Positions 36,631 to 50,892 of a DNA stretch of 64,000 nt are shown here, piece after piece. The stretch comes from Paraspadella gotoi (lineage: Eukaryota; Animalia; Chaetognatha): assembly GCA_051294375.1 (NCBI GenBank), contig CM119271.1:4014862-4078861 (forward strand), read 5' to 3'. Each line of letters opens with the position of its first letter. The stretch's first letter is position 1. The position numbers were made by a program, and so were the translations under genes. The notes beneath the pieces were generated by a model. It ran no database searches, had not been told where the DNA came from, and was given only the letters and a program-made list of their open reading frames with translations.

Positions 36631-37212
36631 GTTCGCAATCTTCTTTTTCCATTTTCTTCTTCAGTTTTTTTTTAAAATCCTGTCGTTCATTTTTTATATT
36701 CTTTAAAAAAATTTTTTTTCTCTCTCTCTCTCTTTTAATGTCGTTTTGTCTTTGAGAAACTCATTAGACTCCCTTTCTTTTCATTTTCTCATTCGGTTCC
36801 AAAGGAGAGAGATCGCGCTTCGATCGATTCAATTTCGCTTAAAATCGTAAACCGGTTTTGATCAATAAGGATTTGAACTTACGACGTTAGTACTTAAGCT
36901 TTAAATCGGTAATCGCGATTAGGCGCAATCCGGGCCTCGTAAGAAGTAATTGAAGAATGCGAAACAAGGAAAGCAGTAATCATTTTAGAAGGGTAAATGA
37001 TAAAAAAATAAAATATAACAGAATACTGTAAGATAAATCATAAGAGACAAAACAAGTTTATCAATGCAAATATAGCGAGTGATATCGCCAGCAAAATTTA
37101 CATTTAGACTAACGTCAATTTAAATTTATATCGTTAATTCAAGATCAGAATTAAGATTATGCATAGTATGCATATAAATATGCTCATATTTTTTTCAAAG
37201 TCACGACGTCAA

Positions 37213-37440
37213 TTGAATGACTAAGCATCGCATCAATGAATGACATCATCGCAATCAATGAATGACTATCATCGCATCCAATGGAATGATTTATCACTCG
37301 CATCAATGACATGACTATTCATCGCATCCATATTTGGTTTCATCGCATTCATCCTTTCGGTTATATCGCATCAATTATTTGGTTATCATCGCCATCAATA
37401 TTTGATTATCATCGCTATCAATATTTGTGTGTATCATCAA
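37213..37440. repeat. ~22-bp minisatellite, about 10 copies
   Basis: Units ATGAATGACTATCATCGCATCA grading into ATATTTGGTTATCATCGCATCA. Confidence 0.8.
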
Positions 37441-40400
37441 AATTAGCGCTCGATCCCTATTCGCTTTTAAGTATTTATTGAACGCGTTTTGTCACTATCA
37501 CATTAACAATATTAATTGTCTCTTCAAGAGATAAGATAAAGAGTTACTAACAAGGGACAAACGACGCTAGAACGCGAGATCAACGGCGTGTAAAGTTTCA
37601 AAAACATTTCATACAGAACGCGTTCTAAAAGTAAAAAACGGTATAAAGCCATGTTGAAAATATGATTTATCTGGCCCGGATCGGCGCGATGATCAATGCT
37701 TATTTTTATTGATGTCCTCATTGGATAAATCTTACCATTTCAAATACAGACCGAACGCGCTTAAAAGCTTTAGCGTAGCGGACAAAACTTGATATCCCTT
37801 TTATTTGCCTAAATTTATATAAACTCTCTTATAATTTACCTCCGCGCTCTACCTGAAACAGATAGTAAAACAAATACAGTTTTCTTTCGATGGGTCTTAG
37901 CAACAAAAAAAAATTGAAGGCTTGACTATCCAGTCTTCACATAAAAAAAGTTCATTTGATTGCTATCAAGCATTCAAGATTGCAAGAATTTAAACTTTTC
38001 TTTTTTTATCTAGTAGCAGAGACAATAAGCTATCCGAACCGTATGCTGATATGTATGATTTGTTCTATTTTACAAAAGATCAAGCAGGTTTTTTTGGGGG
38101 AAAGGGATAAAAAAACGGGTTGACCATTCATTTAAAATACCATTTTTGAGCATGATAAAATTGGGAATTTCGATCGCGCTCTACCTCCGTTATGCTCCCA
38201 AGACGCCAAGCTTTCGAAATCTAACCATGAATAATTTATAGGCCTTGACTATGCGTGTCTCTCAGAAGTGAAATATAAGGAACTGATCGGAACTTCGATT
38301 CGACCATGCGCAGCCCTAACGAGAATCTCTGTTAAATAAAACAACTAACATTTTTTCTTAATAGAGAATTCGTTCAAATTCTGACTACCCCAAATTGCAA
38401 AACGCGGTTTGCCAGAAATTGAGTTAAAAAACACTTTGTAAAAAAAAACGCACGATTCCGAGAGCGTTACATCTGAAGAGCTTGTCCTATTCGTTTATGG
38501 CATTTGATGAAAGGGCATTTAATAATCAAACAGCCATGGAAATGCACTACCTTATCTCCGGAGAATTTCAAACCTCATTTTTTACTATAGAAAATGAAAG
38601 GGAAAGTTTTACACAACTTAAAATTTGCAATAAATCGGGATTGCTTATATGTTCCTGTTACACCGTAGCGCACTTCGAATTTTTTCGCGATTCTGATAGC
38701 TTTTGTGCTGATAGAGCTTGTCCTATTTTTCTTTTTTTCATTTTATTAATGATTTTGACATAAAATTGGATCAGGTTTAATATGATAATAGTCCGGTTGA
38801 ATCGCGAAATTTTTATTTAAAAAGAAATTAAAAGGAAGGTTGAGGAAAAAAATGATTTTTCTTAATATCTTTTAAGAAAGAGTAAAGCGATGGCAATAGT
38901 TACCAAAATGAAGCCATAATCATTAGGGCACATACAAAATACAATTTTAGAATTACTTTGCTGAAACCTTCCTTACAGCGAGTGAGTGTCAAACTCAGTC
39001 AAAATTATAATGAATTTAAACTATGACACCCATAGCAATAAATAAAAAATTTTAATTATTTTTTAATGATTCTTGAATAGAAAAAAGGCTAAAATTGTAC
39101 TTTATGTAAAAACTTTAAAGTTTTTTGTTGAGAAAGAAAATGTGAATTTTTTGCCACTAAATATTTGCTGTCTGATTTTACAAGCATGCTTACAAAATTC
39201 TACAAAAATATTATTTACCCCATCACAGGCCCAGTATTTATCCTTCTTTTCCACCAGCAAAAGTAAACTTATCTTATTGAAGAGAACAGGGATGTTTACT
39301 AAAGGAGCCGGAAGCCATTCAACTTCTTCACTTTTGATTTGTTATTTTTTAATAATAAATAAGCAATTTTTTTAAATTATTTAACTCTCACAGGCTCAAG
39401 AATACCACTTCATAATATCCCAAATGTTAATGTAATTATTATATTTTTTACCCAGAAGAAATTATAAAATAACAGAGACGGTTGTGGTTCCTTCGCTTGT
39501 TTAAGAAAAAAAATTAACTAGCGGAATTATAAGTTTGTAAGGAGGAGTCAGAATCGGCGAAATTCTTAAAAGGCGAAATGGTTGAAAAAAAGGGTGGAAT
39601 TTTGATGGGTTTCCTAAGATTTCTCCACAATGTGAGCTCCATTAAAGCGAACTTGAGATTTTACAATATTCCGTCATTCCAATCTATCGATTATAAAAAT
39701 ATAAGAAAAAAGGTCACTGGCTTCTTTTTCTATTATATAGCATATTAGCATACTGCGAAAATTAAAAACAAAAATTTAATTTTTTTCTACAATTAATGTC
39801 ATGATAGTATGTTGTTTCATTAATGACTTTCGAATTTTTCGTATGGTAAACTTTCAACTACGCCTTAACCGTCCAGCTCATTTGAGCTTCTATCTTATCT
39901 CTTATATTTCATCGCTTTCTTCTCTTTAACTGTAACTACCTAACAAATGTAATTTTCTTATTTTCACATTTCAAATTTCTAGTATTAATTAATTATTATT
40001 TAGCTAATTGTATTTCCCATTTTAAAAACTTATATCTTTGTGGTACAGTTACACAAATGCTTAACATTATTTACCTCTCTCGCCTCTCTCTCACTTTCTC
40101 CGTTGACATTTCACTTTCTTTTTCAGAAAACTCACTCATCTGTCCCTCTCGCTTCACCTGTCCTTCACCTCTCACCCACTATTCTGTCTCACCACTTTGT
40201 TGGAAACTTTAACTTCTGTCTTCTCTCTCTCTCTCTCTCTCTCCACATTTACTTCTGCAAAAAGTTTTTTCATAGCGCAAACAGCTGATGAAGGCGCTCG
40301 ACAAGATTGAAACATGTGTTATTATTGTTTAAATAAAAATTGTTGTGTAATACCACGAACTCTAAACTTCTGTTTTCGCATTAAAATAGCTACTCTCATT

Positions 40401-41114
40401 AAAATTAAAAAATAAATTTACCAAAGTACTTTTTATTTTTATGTTCTATATGCGAAATTTTAATTTTATAAAAATTTTATATTATCACATCAGCTCTACA
40501 CTCTTACACCATTAAATTTCATTTATCCTTAATTGTAAAAAGATTAGCTAAACAAATAGCATCGTACATTTTTCTCCCCTATTCCCCCCCTCCCTTCCGA
40601 GAATTGGAAGGCGTTTATGGAAAACCCTCGATGGTCAATTATGCCCATTCCACATAGACTGGGCGAAGCAACGGCTACGTTCACATCGCATCAAAAACAC
40701 CAGGCCGCTTGCTGGATCGTGGCTGGGTTATCTACTGTCAACGGTGAGGTTGTCGTCTTCGTTGTTGTTGTTTCCTGGTGGGTATCGTTCATCTGGCAGA
40801 TTTCACTATCGTTTTATATTTGAAGTGTTCTACGAAAACTTTTGCAAGAAAAACTGAATCTCGTGATTCTTCAATATGGAATGGTGTCGCAGGAATTTAT
40901 CAGGAACGAGGTTTTAGGATCGGGGGGGATTGGGGAATTTAGTCTCCAACAAATAATAACTAAATAACAATATAAGGCGCTACAGTCAAGCAATGGACAA
41001 TAAGGGACATATCAGGACAACGAGGACAACTCGGTGAAATCCTACAGATTGGTTGATAGAGCAGACGAGATGAGCTTCTCGAAGTTATTTTAGGCTGTGG
41101 GCAATGATTATGCT

Positions 41115-41550
41115 ACTTTTTAGAAGGGATCTGCTTTTCGGCAGATCCGACTCTATAATCACTGTTGTCGGTCCGTCGGTCTGCCCCCTCAATCTTGGTC
41201 TGGCATTCACTTATATCATGAGCTGCATACGACCCTAGTCCTGCTGCTGGAAGCCGCCGCGGAATCTATTGGCATCAGCTTGAACTACATACGCTAGGTT
41301 CAAACGCGACCAGCGGCGGCGTATCCCCAGAACATCGGAATTATGATAAATTATGCAAAAAAATGTCCCATCCGTCACCCGTCCGTTCGAACCGATTCCC
41401 GTCCTATCTTAGCATAAAAACTTCCAATACTCGTGATTTTGATGAGATAGATTGAAATGAAATTTTTTTGTTGTGATAGGGAAGTATGTGATTGGCAGGC
41501 TGGATTGAAGTCTTCGATGAATCGTCCGGTTAGAAATGAGTTTAAATGTC
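41115..41550 (+). mobile_element. HINE family B copy (mirrored at ~57585-57890, minus)
   Basis: ggatctgcttttcggcagatccgactctataatcac...gtcggtccgtcggtctgccccctcaat...gaaatgagtttaaat, homologous to 18601-18910. Confidence 0.68.
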
Positions 41551-43099
41551 TGATTGCCAAGAATGTAAAGAAATGCGGGATGTGCAGTTCCTTTTTCTGC
41601 ATGAAGGGTAAAGATGATGGCCAGAATAGCTTAAAGTGACTTATTTACGTTGAATATTAAATAAAATTGTCTTGGAAAAAAAAAGGTCTGTACTATTGCT
41701 AAGAAGTTAGATGCGGATGTGTTGTGTGGATATATTGAGAGTCTCAAATGTCGGATATATTTTATACTCGTAATATGTGAGGTGACTCATACCTTGAACC
41801 GAAAGTGATGACGTCATAGAACCGGAATGCACATCCGCATTCTTGACATTCTTTAGCTCCAATAGAAAAGACCTTTATATTACTCTCTTTCAAGTTCTTG
41901 GCTTTTATTGTTTTTTCTTTCTTTTCCTCCCTTCTTCTGGTTCTATGCCTATTTCTCGGAATTCGGGTTTCCAAAGAGAAAAAGAAAAAATTTTCTTCAT
42001 TTTATATTTTTCCCATTTTTTTATCATCTTCTTTTCTCTTCTCGCGCATAAATTTCTACATGGTAGTCTGTATTTCCCTATTGGTAAAAAAATCATTTAC
42101 GTTAATAACGGTTGGTCCCTCTAAAAAATTATCCATTCCCACCCCTTTTTCTGTTCAGCCTCTTAGATATTATGATTTTTCGCATAAGACTTTCTAACAA
42201 CAATGCTCGTGTGATATTTAATTAGAAAACTAGACATAGTAATCTAACCTTAGACTGGGTTGTGTTGTATAGATGTCCCTCTGATTTCCAGAAGACAACA
42301 ACTGACTTTCCCCTTCCCAAATTAATTATTAGTAGCGGTAGCCGACCAAATTCAAATTTTAATGGGAACAGCATAAAACTAATCCATTATTGGTATTAAT
42401 TATTGTGTTAAATATTTTTTTGCAAAAATGTTCCGAACCATGAGTAATTCGCTAATTAATATTATTATATCGCTATATAATGTCACAAATTTTTTTTGAT
42501 ATTTTAAGTTTTTTAATTGATTCTGATAGAGCTTAAAAAGTTAAGCAAAAAATATAATTACAACTTTTTTAAAATTTTGATGTTTTATTACTAAAATTAG
42601 TAAAACTGCTAAAATCATCGGATGATGATGAATGATGATGATTTTTTAAGATTTTCTCAATTTTAACCCACTTATCATCAAATATTGAAAAAAGAATTAT
42701 ACTTTGTGCAGATAACTTTTCAAGCTATCTGAATCTGCTTTTAAAAATAAAAAAAATTCAAAAAAATTTTTGACATTTTCTATCTATAAATAAATATTAC
42801 AAAATTAATTACTAATGCTTCTTGCCATTTTAGAAATTTTGCTCCATTGAAAGTTTTCTCAGAAATGTATGAAGTTTCATTTGGAAAGGTTCCCAAATCA
42901 AACTTCTGACCCACCCCTTGACGAAGTTTGGCCTCACAAGATAAATAAAAACATTTTTTAAGGAAAAAAAAGGCAATATATGTTTGAATAAATAATATAG
43001 ATTAATACTAATCCTTCATAAAAATATTAAAATAGAAAAAATTGAAAATAGTTGAACACAAGTAATTTGCAAATTTTTCATATATATTTTTAAATATTG

Positions 43100-43605
43100 T
43101 ATTATTATAGTATAAAATTATTATTGAAATCCCTTTCGCAAGTTATCTCAGTGCTACATCTCTCTGAGCGGGCGCCCTTTCTCTGCACCGCAGCCGAGCG
43201 GGGCTGCGGCAAAAAAGCCAAAACGTGTAATCGAGTTAAAAATGTGATAAGAGACGGGAGGGGGGGGAGAGTTCGAAAGAGTTGGGTTGACGTTAATGTC
43301 GGCATTAAAGGGAAGATCGAGTATAAACTTTATCATACTCATCACACGGTTAAGTGACTTTGTTGAGAAAGCTGTGTAAAACGCCTTGGACGACTAAAAA
43401 GGGTTTAATAGAAAAAAGTTTCGCTCTTCGGGCCGCGGGCTGCTAAGCGCGGGATCCGAAAAGTTTCGAAAGTTCGCCGGCGGCCGCCAGGTTTTCCGGA
43501 TGCCGGATTCCCCGGGCTTGAGCCTCTGCAGACGTGGGCGCCTTTGGGTCCGACGGTCGAACCGTAAATCTTCAATCATTATTTTCAAATTACTTTCTTT
43601 AGTTT
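43100..43605. repeat. ~500-bp GC-rich repeat present three times
   Basis: Reverse-complement copies at ~55610-56110 (inside the inverted duplication) and ~59325-59835 (outside it). Family unknown. Confidence 0.75.
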
Positions 43606-44653
43606 TTCTTCTCATTTTTTGTTTGTATTGCCTTTTTTTAATTGAATTCAATTTTTTAAAAATTTTTCTTTCTTTCTTTCTTTCTTTCTTCTCTCTTTTT
43701 CTTTCTTTCTTTCTTTACTTTATCTTTTCTTCTCTATCTTTTCGTGTCTTTATTTTCTTTCTTTCTTTTCTTTTTTCTTCTTATTTCTTTTTTATTTCTC
43801 TCTTTATTTGTCTTGATTTTCTTTTCTGTTTTCTTTTCTTTCATTTCTTCTGTCCTATTCTCATTGCGTTTTTTATTCTTTCTTTCCATTTCTTGCGTTT
43901 CGTTCTTTCTCTCCTTCTCTCTCTTCTCCTTTTTTCTTTCGCTCTCTATCATTCCTTCTTTTGACAGTTTCCATTATGATTTTGATGAAAGGTTGAATGA
44001 GAAGAGAGAGAGAATCGGTTCCGCCGCAACGCGGCGCGAAAATTTGAATTTTTCAAGAAAGACGAATCATCGTGGGGAAATGGATATGGCGGCGGTGCTG
44101 TGCGGAGACGCGGCGGCGGGAGGCTGCGGCTGCTACGGGCGGGGGCTGAAAGATCAAAAGAGACGAGGGCGCGAGGCTGACGAGAGCGATTCGGGGGTTT
44201 GCAATGTATGAAATAATAAATAACTTGTTTATTATTAAATATTTTACTATAGTATTGAATTAAATTTATAGGTTTATTTCACATATAAAATAATAATATA
44301 TTGGAGAGAGACGTTTAGTTTTCTAATAAGAGATATTAAACCGTCCATTTTGTTTAGAAAGTCATTTATTTACAAATCAAAATATGTGAGGATTTTTGGA
44401 GTTACTATTGTTACTATTTTCATTTTATGATTGTATTTTGTTAATTTGTTTAGCGTATTTACGCAATTCCTGAACCGTAGTCTTTCTGTTTTCAACCGAC
44501 CAGTGGGGCGCTTTAAAGTGTATATCGCTTCACTTCAGATTCAAGGGATTGGGGGTGAGAAAATTTCAGCATTTAAGCTAATTCTCTAGGAAATAGTCAT
44601 GAATTGAAAATGTAAAAAAAATGATGATGATGATGATGATAATAAATAATTTT

Positions 44654-44691
<38 letters not shown>

Positions 44692-46017
44692 ATGATAATG
44701 ATGACGATAACGACGATCATAACGACAACAATAAAGTTCTCGAAACAAAGAAAAAAATTGCCAAAAACCTACAAATAGTTAAAATGAAGGGAAAAAAGGA
44801 TTTTTTCAAGTTTTTTCTTTGTTTTTTTCTTTCTTTTCCTCCTTCTTCTGGTTTTATGGCTATTTCCTCCGAATTCGGTTTCCAAAGAGAAAAAGAAGGA
44901 TTTGCGCTTTTTTTTCACTCAGACGACGGAGAGAAAAATTTATTAAACCATTTAAATATTTTTTTTATGAAATTAGAAAATATTTTTGGTTTTTATTTTT
45001 TATATCCGTGAGTATTACATCAGTAGAGAAAACATGGTTAAACTCGAAAAGTAATAAAAAAGAACCGGAAATCGATATAAATAAAAAGTATAGTAAATAA
45101 AAAGATAAAAATGAAGGAAGCATTTTTTTGGACAACGCATTTTCTTTTACATGGAACTCTGGTATTTTTTGCCATACATAAATGAGACACAGCTTATATG
45201 AATCGCAAAAGGCTAAAGTTTCTTGATATCTAAATTTTATTTTTCCGAATTCTTACATTAAATGCCGAAAAATACTGGAAAGTAACCGCGACACTTTTTT
45301 TTTCCATCATGGTATATGGAGGCCTCAACCCAGCATAGCCCGTCCAAGTCAGTGACAAGAAGGTTTATATTGTTAAATGAATGAATGATTTTTATATTAG
45401 TTTTACTAATTTCTAGCTTTAAATTCCAGTTGACTAATTGGCAGATAAAGCTTAAAAGAATAACTGCTCCGAGTACAATGACCATAATCTCAAGTAAAAA
45501 GAAAGTAATTTTTGTTTACAATATTTTAAAACATGATAATTATTCCTTAAATAATTTCTGTAATTCCGGCCGTCTTCTGCCCCATCTCTCGCTGCGACTC
45601 GTCTATCTGAAAAGATGTCTCTGTTTATTGTCTTACCGGATTTTTTACAGCTTTTTTTTTACTGCTTTTTTACTGCTTTTTACGTCTCTCTTCACTCTCA
45701 AGCTCGGCTTTCTTTCATCCTCTTTATGCTCTCTTCATTTTATTTTCCTTCATATTATATTTTCCCATTTTTTATCATCTTCGTTTTCTCTTCTTCGCCG
45801 CCGAGAAAGAGAGGAGAGAGAGAGAGAGAGGGAGAGAGAGAGAGAAGAGAGAGAGAGGAGAAGAAGAGAGAGAGAGAGAGAGAGAGAGAGATCTTACCGA
45901 TTGCATCATTTTCTCCAGGCGAAACTCTCGGTATTGATATTTATGGTTCTTTCATTCCGAAATTGAAAGAAGTGCGAATGAGATTGGAGAGAGAGGAAGA
46001 GGAGAGAAGGAGAGAAG

Positions 46018-46059
<42 letters not shown>

Positions 46060-46773
46060 TGGAGAGAGAGAGAGAGNNNNNNNNNNNNNNNNNNNNNNNN
46101 NAGCAGAGAGAGTAGAAAAGAGACGAAAGAGAAGGAGTGGAGAGAGAGAGAGAGAGACGAGGGAGAGAGGAGAGAGAGGAGGAGCAGAGAGAAGAGGAGA
46201 GGAGAGAGTTAAAACTAAAATTAATTTACGTTGCCAAATCTGAACGTCCATGAAATTATACATTCCTTTTAGTGAGAGTCGCAAAGACACAAAGAATATA
46301 TCATCGGACGATGATTCGAGGTCGGGCATCATTTCAGCGCCGAAGACGAGACGGACTCACAGTGAATGTGAAGGGAACGAAGAACCAAAAGTCATTCGCT
46401 CTTCGCGTCTCATTAAGTTCAAATTATGAATGGAAACAAAGAAACGATCACAATCACAAAGACTCTGGACACACATTCTTTTCGTATGATTTTATTTCAG
46501 AAATACCAAAAGCTGTCTAAAGTCAGAGCCAAGACAGCTTATTTATTGAATGATAAATCTTAAGACTTGTTTTTTATTAATATTAACTTACAGATACAGA
46601 TGCATACAAACTATATACATTAACAGCAAAATAAGCAACAAATAAGCTATTTAAGTAATCAAAACATTGTGATACAAATTTAAATAAAAGGAAATCAAAC
46701 TGTGTAAACAAACCAATACCGGAGTCACCTTCGTTCCGAAGGAGGAGAGAGGTAGGAGGAGAGACAGAGGAGA

Positions 46774-46822
<49 letters not shown>

Positions 46823-47884
46823 GTGACTCCTCACGAAAAATTTGTAAGACAGACAACAATGTTAACTAAATCTTAAACAAAAACAACAAAACTCACCGCT
46901 TCGAAATGCATCCAAGATATCCAGTAAAATGTCTTGCAAACTCACTACGGTGATCAACGGCCATTCATTCGCGGCTCACAATGTCTTCACAAACGAAGAT
47001 GAATTCGTCGTAAACTGATGACTACTCACGCATCCTTTGTCCACGCGTCCTTCGGCGTCAACCTCAACAACGACAACGACAACAACAACAACAACGGCCT
47101 CGGAGCGGAAGCCGACCAACTTCATTTTTTTCGTTAAATTTTAATGGGAACAGCAATTAAAACTAATCCATTCATTGGTATTAATTATTGTATTAAAATA
47201 TTTTTTTGCAAAAATGTTCTGAACCATGAGTAATTCGCTAAATTAATTTATTATATTGCTATATAATGTCAAAAAATTTTTGGATATGTGGTTAAGTTTT
47301 TTAATTGATTCTTGATAGAGCTAAAAAGTTAAGCAAAAAATATAATTACAACTTTTTTAAAATTTTGATGTTTTATACTTAAAATTAGTAAAAAACTCTA
47401 AAATCATTGAAATGATAAAAAATGATGATGATTTGTTTAAGGTTTTTCAGTTTTTGACCCACTTTATCATAAAAATATTGAAAAAAAAAAAAAAATGAAT
47501 TATACTTGTGCTAGACAACTTTTTATAAGCTATCTGAATCTGCTTTTAAAAATACAAAACTTAAAAAAAAATTTGCATTTCTATCTATAAATTAAATATT
47601 ACAAAAATTAATTACTAATGCTTTCTAGCCATTTTAGAAATTTTGGTCATTGAAAGTTTTCTCAGAAATGTATGAAGTTTTATTGGAAAGGTTCCCAAAT
47701 CAAAACTTCTGACCCCACCCCCATTGACAAAGTGTTGTGGTCTACCTCGCTGGAACGACCGGCTCATCCTTCTCTATTTTTTTTTTCGTTAAATTTTAAT
47801 GGGGACCGTAAAATTTAATAGTCCTCTCTGTTTGGTTGAAATGTGGTTCGTTGTTCGGTTGGAGGTGGAGGGGAGAAGGGACTG

Positions 47885-48385
47885 AATTACAAGACCCAAT
47901 GCGAACTCCCGAATTAACGAGGTCTCGAGTTACTGCCCAATTAACGAAGGACTCTCGAAGTTATATCGAAGGACTCCGCATATCGCAGGCTCTCGAAGTT
48001 AACGAAGACTCTCGATGTAACGAAGAGGAACTTCCGAATATGATACTCCCGATGAGACTTCAATTCGTAGATCCTGAATAAAAGGACTCCGAATTAACGA
48101 GGACTCCCGAATTAACGAGCTTCCGAATATCGAAGGACTCCGATTAACGAAGGACTTCGAATTACGAAGGATCCATTAAGACCGAATTAGACGTAAGGAC
48201 CCGATATCGTAGATTCGAACCGAAGACTCTCGAGTTAACGAAGGACTTCCGAATTAACGATAGACTCCCGAATTAAGATGGACTCCCGAATTCGAATTCG
48301 AAACGATAGACTCCGATTAACGAAGGACTTCCGAATTAAAGGACTCCCGAATTAACGAAGGACTCCCGAATTAACGATGACGAAT
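47885..48385. repeat. 19-bp minisatellite, noisy copy
   Basis: Degenerate GGACTCCCGAATTAACGA(A/T) units. Confidence 0.85.
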
Positions 48386-50340
48386 AACGGGACGCTGGGA
48401 GAATTAATAGAATGAGAGGAATTAATGAATTAATGAAGACTTTGGATAGAAAAATGTTTAAAGAACCAAAGAGAAATGATTCGACAGAGAAAAATTTAAA
48501 ACAAACTGAAAAAAAAAAAATTCTTACAGAATAAAACTAGTTTGGTAGTTGGAAGTTTAGTAAAAGTACAGTAACAGTAACAGTAAAGATAGTAACAGTA
48601 ACAGTAAGAGTAAGGACAGATCGACAACTTGACGAGCAAAGGGAATGCATTCCGTACGAACTGAACCCGTGAAAGGCCGGATCACAAAATTGATGACTTG
48701 AGGAAGAAGGAAATTTTTCTGTCCTCTTCTCTGCACGATTCACTCGCCGAAGTTTTAATTAATGACGAGGCAACGAGTCTGAAACAGAGGATATAAACGG
48801 ACAGAAAGACGGACGGATAGACCAGAAGATGGGATACTGGATAGACAAATGATGAAGAATAAACGTTGATCAAACTAAATTAAAAGGGTTTTCGACGAGA
48901 GAAAAGAGAAGATGGCTTGTCATTAAAGAATGACAATTAACGTTCAAATATAATATATCTAATATTATCTATGTTTACATCTATTTTATTTTGCATATTT
49001 TGCTGTAATTAATTTTGTATTTGTCATTTTATTTACGCAAGACACAGAGGTTAAAAGTTCTACAAATTGTCTTTCTTGAAAAAAAAAAAACACAAAAAAA
49101 AACCCAAACAAAAAAAAAAAAAAAAAAAAAACAAGTCGGCGAGAAAAGCGCAAACGGCGCCACGTAATGACCCAAACATCAGTCGTGAAAAACGCAGCTA
49201 GCGCATCGGTCATGACATCCGTTTATGACATCGGTTACGACATAAGTAACGAGAGACGCTCTTTACAAAAAAAACGGTCGAGGCGGAAAAGAGGAAGATG
49301 GGGGGGAAAGATGTTGCATCTCATCTCTTGAGAGAGAGAGAGAGTGAGTTAAAACTAAAATTAATTTTACGTTGGCCAAAGTCTGAACGTCCATGAAATT
49401 ATCACATTCCCTTTTATGAGAGTCGCAAAGACACAAAGAATATTCACCGGACGATGATTCGAGTCGGGCATCCATTCACGCGCCGAAGACGAGACGGACT
49501 CACAGTGAATGTGAAGGAACGAAGAACAAAGTCATCGCTCTTCGCGTCTCATTAGTTCAAATTATGATGGAAACAAAGAAACGACACAATCACAAAGACT
49601 TGTGACACATTTCTTTCGTTTGATTTTTATTTCAGAAATACCAAAGCTGTCTAAAGTCAGAGCCAAGACAGCTTATTTATTGAATGATAATCTTAGATTG
49701 TTTTTTATTAATATTAACTTACAGATACAGATGCATACAACTATATACATTAACAGCAAAATAACAACAAATAAGCTATTTAAGTAATCAAAACATTGGA
49801 TTACCAATTTAATAAAGTGAAATCAAACTGTGTCAAACAAAAACAAACCGAGTCACCTTCGTTCCGAGAGAGAGAGAGAGAGAAGAGAGAGAGGAGAGAG
49901 AGAGAGAGAGAGACGAGAGAGAGAGGTGACGCTCCTCACGAAAACATTTGTAGACAGACAACAATGTAACTTAAATCTTAAACAAAAACAAAAAAACCTC
50001 ACCGCTTCGAAATGCATCCAAGATATCCAGTATAATCTCTTGGCAACTCACTACGGTGATCAACGGCCATCATCGTCGGCATCACAATGTCTCACAAAGA
50101 AGATGAATTCGTCGTAAACTGATGACTTCACGCATCCTTTGTCCACGCGTCTTCGGCCGTCAACCTCAACAACGACAACGACAACAACAACAACAACGAC
50201 CTCGGCGGAAACGACCGGCTCATCCTTCTCTATTTTTTTTTTCGTTTAAATTTTAATGGGGACCGTAAAATTTAATAAGGTCCTCTCTGTTTGGTGAAAT
50301 TGGTTCGTTGTTCGGTTGGAGGTGGAAGGGAAGAAGGGAC

Positions 50341-50670
50341 TGAATTAACAAAGGACTCCCGAATTAACGATGGACTCCCGAATTAACGATGGTCTCCCGA
50401 ATTAACGATGGACTCCCGAATTAACGAAGGACTTCCGAATTATCGAAGGACTGCCGAATTAACGAAGGACTCTCGAGTTAACGAAAGACTCTCGAGTTAA
50501 CGAAGGACTTCCGAATTAACGATAGACTCCCGAATTAATGATGGACTCCCGAATTAACGATGGACTTCCGAATTAACGATAGACTCCCGAATTAACGAAG
50601 GACTTCCGAATTGACAATGGACTCCCGAATTAACGAAGGACTCCCGAATTAACGATGGACCGAATTAACG
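50341..50670. repeat. 19-bp minisatellite, about 17 copies
   Basis: Head-to-tail GGACTCCCGAATTAACGA(T/A), with variants GGACTTCCG.. and GACTCTCGAGTTAACGAA; no spacers. Confidence 0.92.
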
Positions 50671-50847
50671 GACGCTGGGAGAATTAATAGAATGAGAGGA
50701 ATTAATAATTAATGAAGACTTTGGATAGAAAAATGTTTAAAGAACCAAAGAGAAATTGATTCGACAAGAGAAAAATTTAAAACAAACTGAAAAAAAAAAA
50801 TTCATTACAGAATAAAACTAGTTTGGTAATTGGAAGTTTAGTAAAAG

Positions 50848-50892
50848 TTACAGTAACAGTAACAGTAACAGTAACAGTAACAGTAACAGTAA
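50848..50892. repeat. (CAGTAA)n hexanucleotide microsatellite
   Basis: About 7 tandem CAGTAA units; counterpart at ~48568-48606. Confidence 0.9.

Noticed and set aside
43500-46115. Long hydrophobic or RE-repeat ORFs such as 43500-43964, 45385-45966 and, outside this span, 52644-53225 and 63289-63744
   Set aside because: They are translations of (CT)n/(AG)n/(CTTT)n/(GAC)n microsatellites and T-rich sequence, with no domain signal.
50341-50670. CRISPR-like repeat array (also 47885-48385 and 37213-37440)
   Set aside because: Units are head-to-tail with no unique spacers, there are no cas genes, and the context is eukaryotic. Apparent spacer variation in the noisy copy is indel error.
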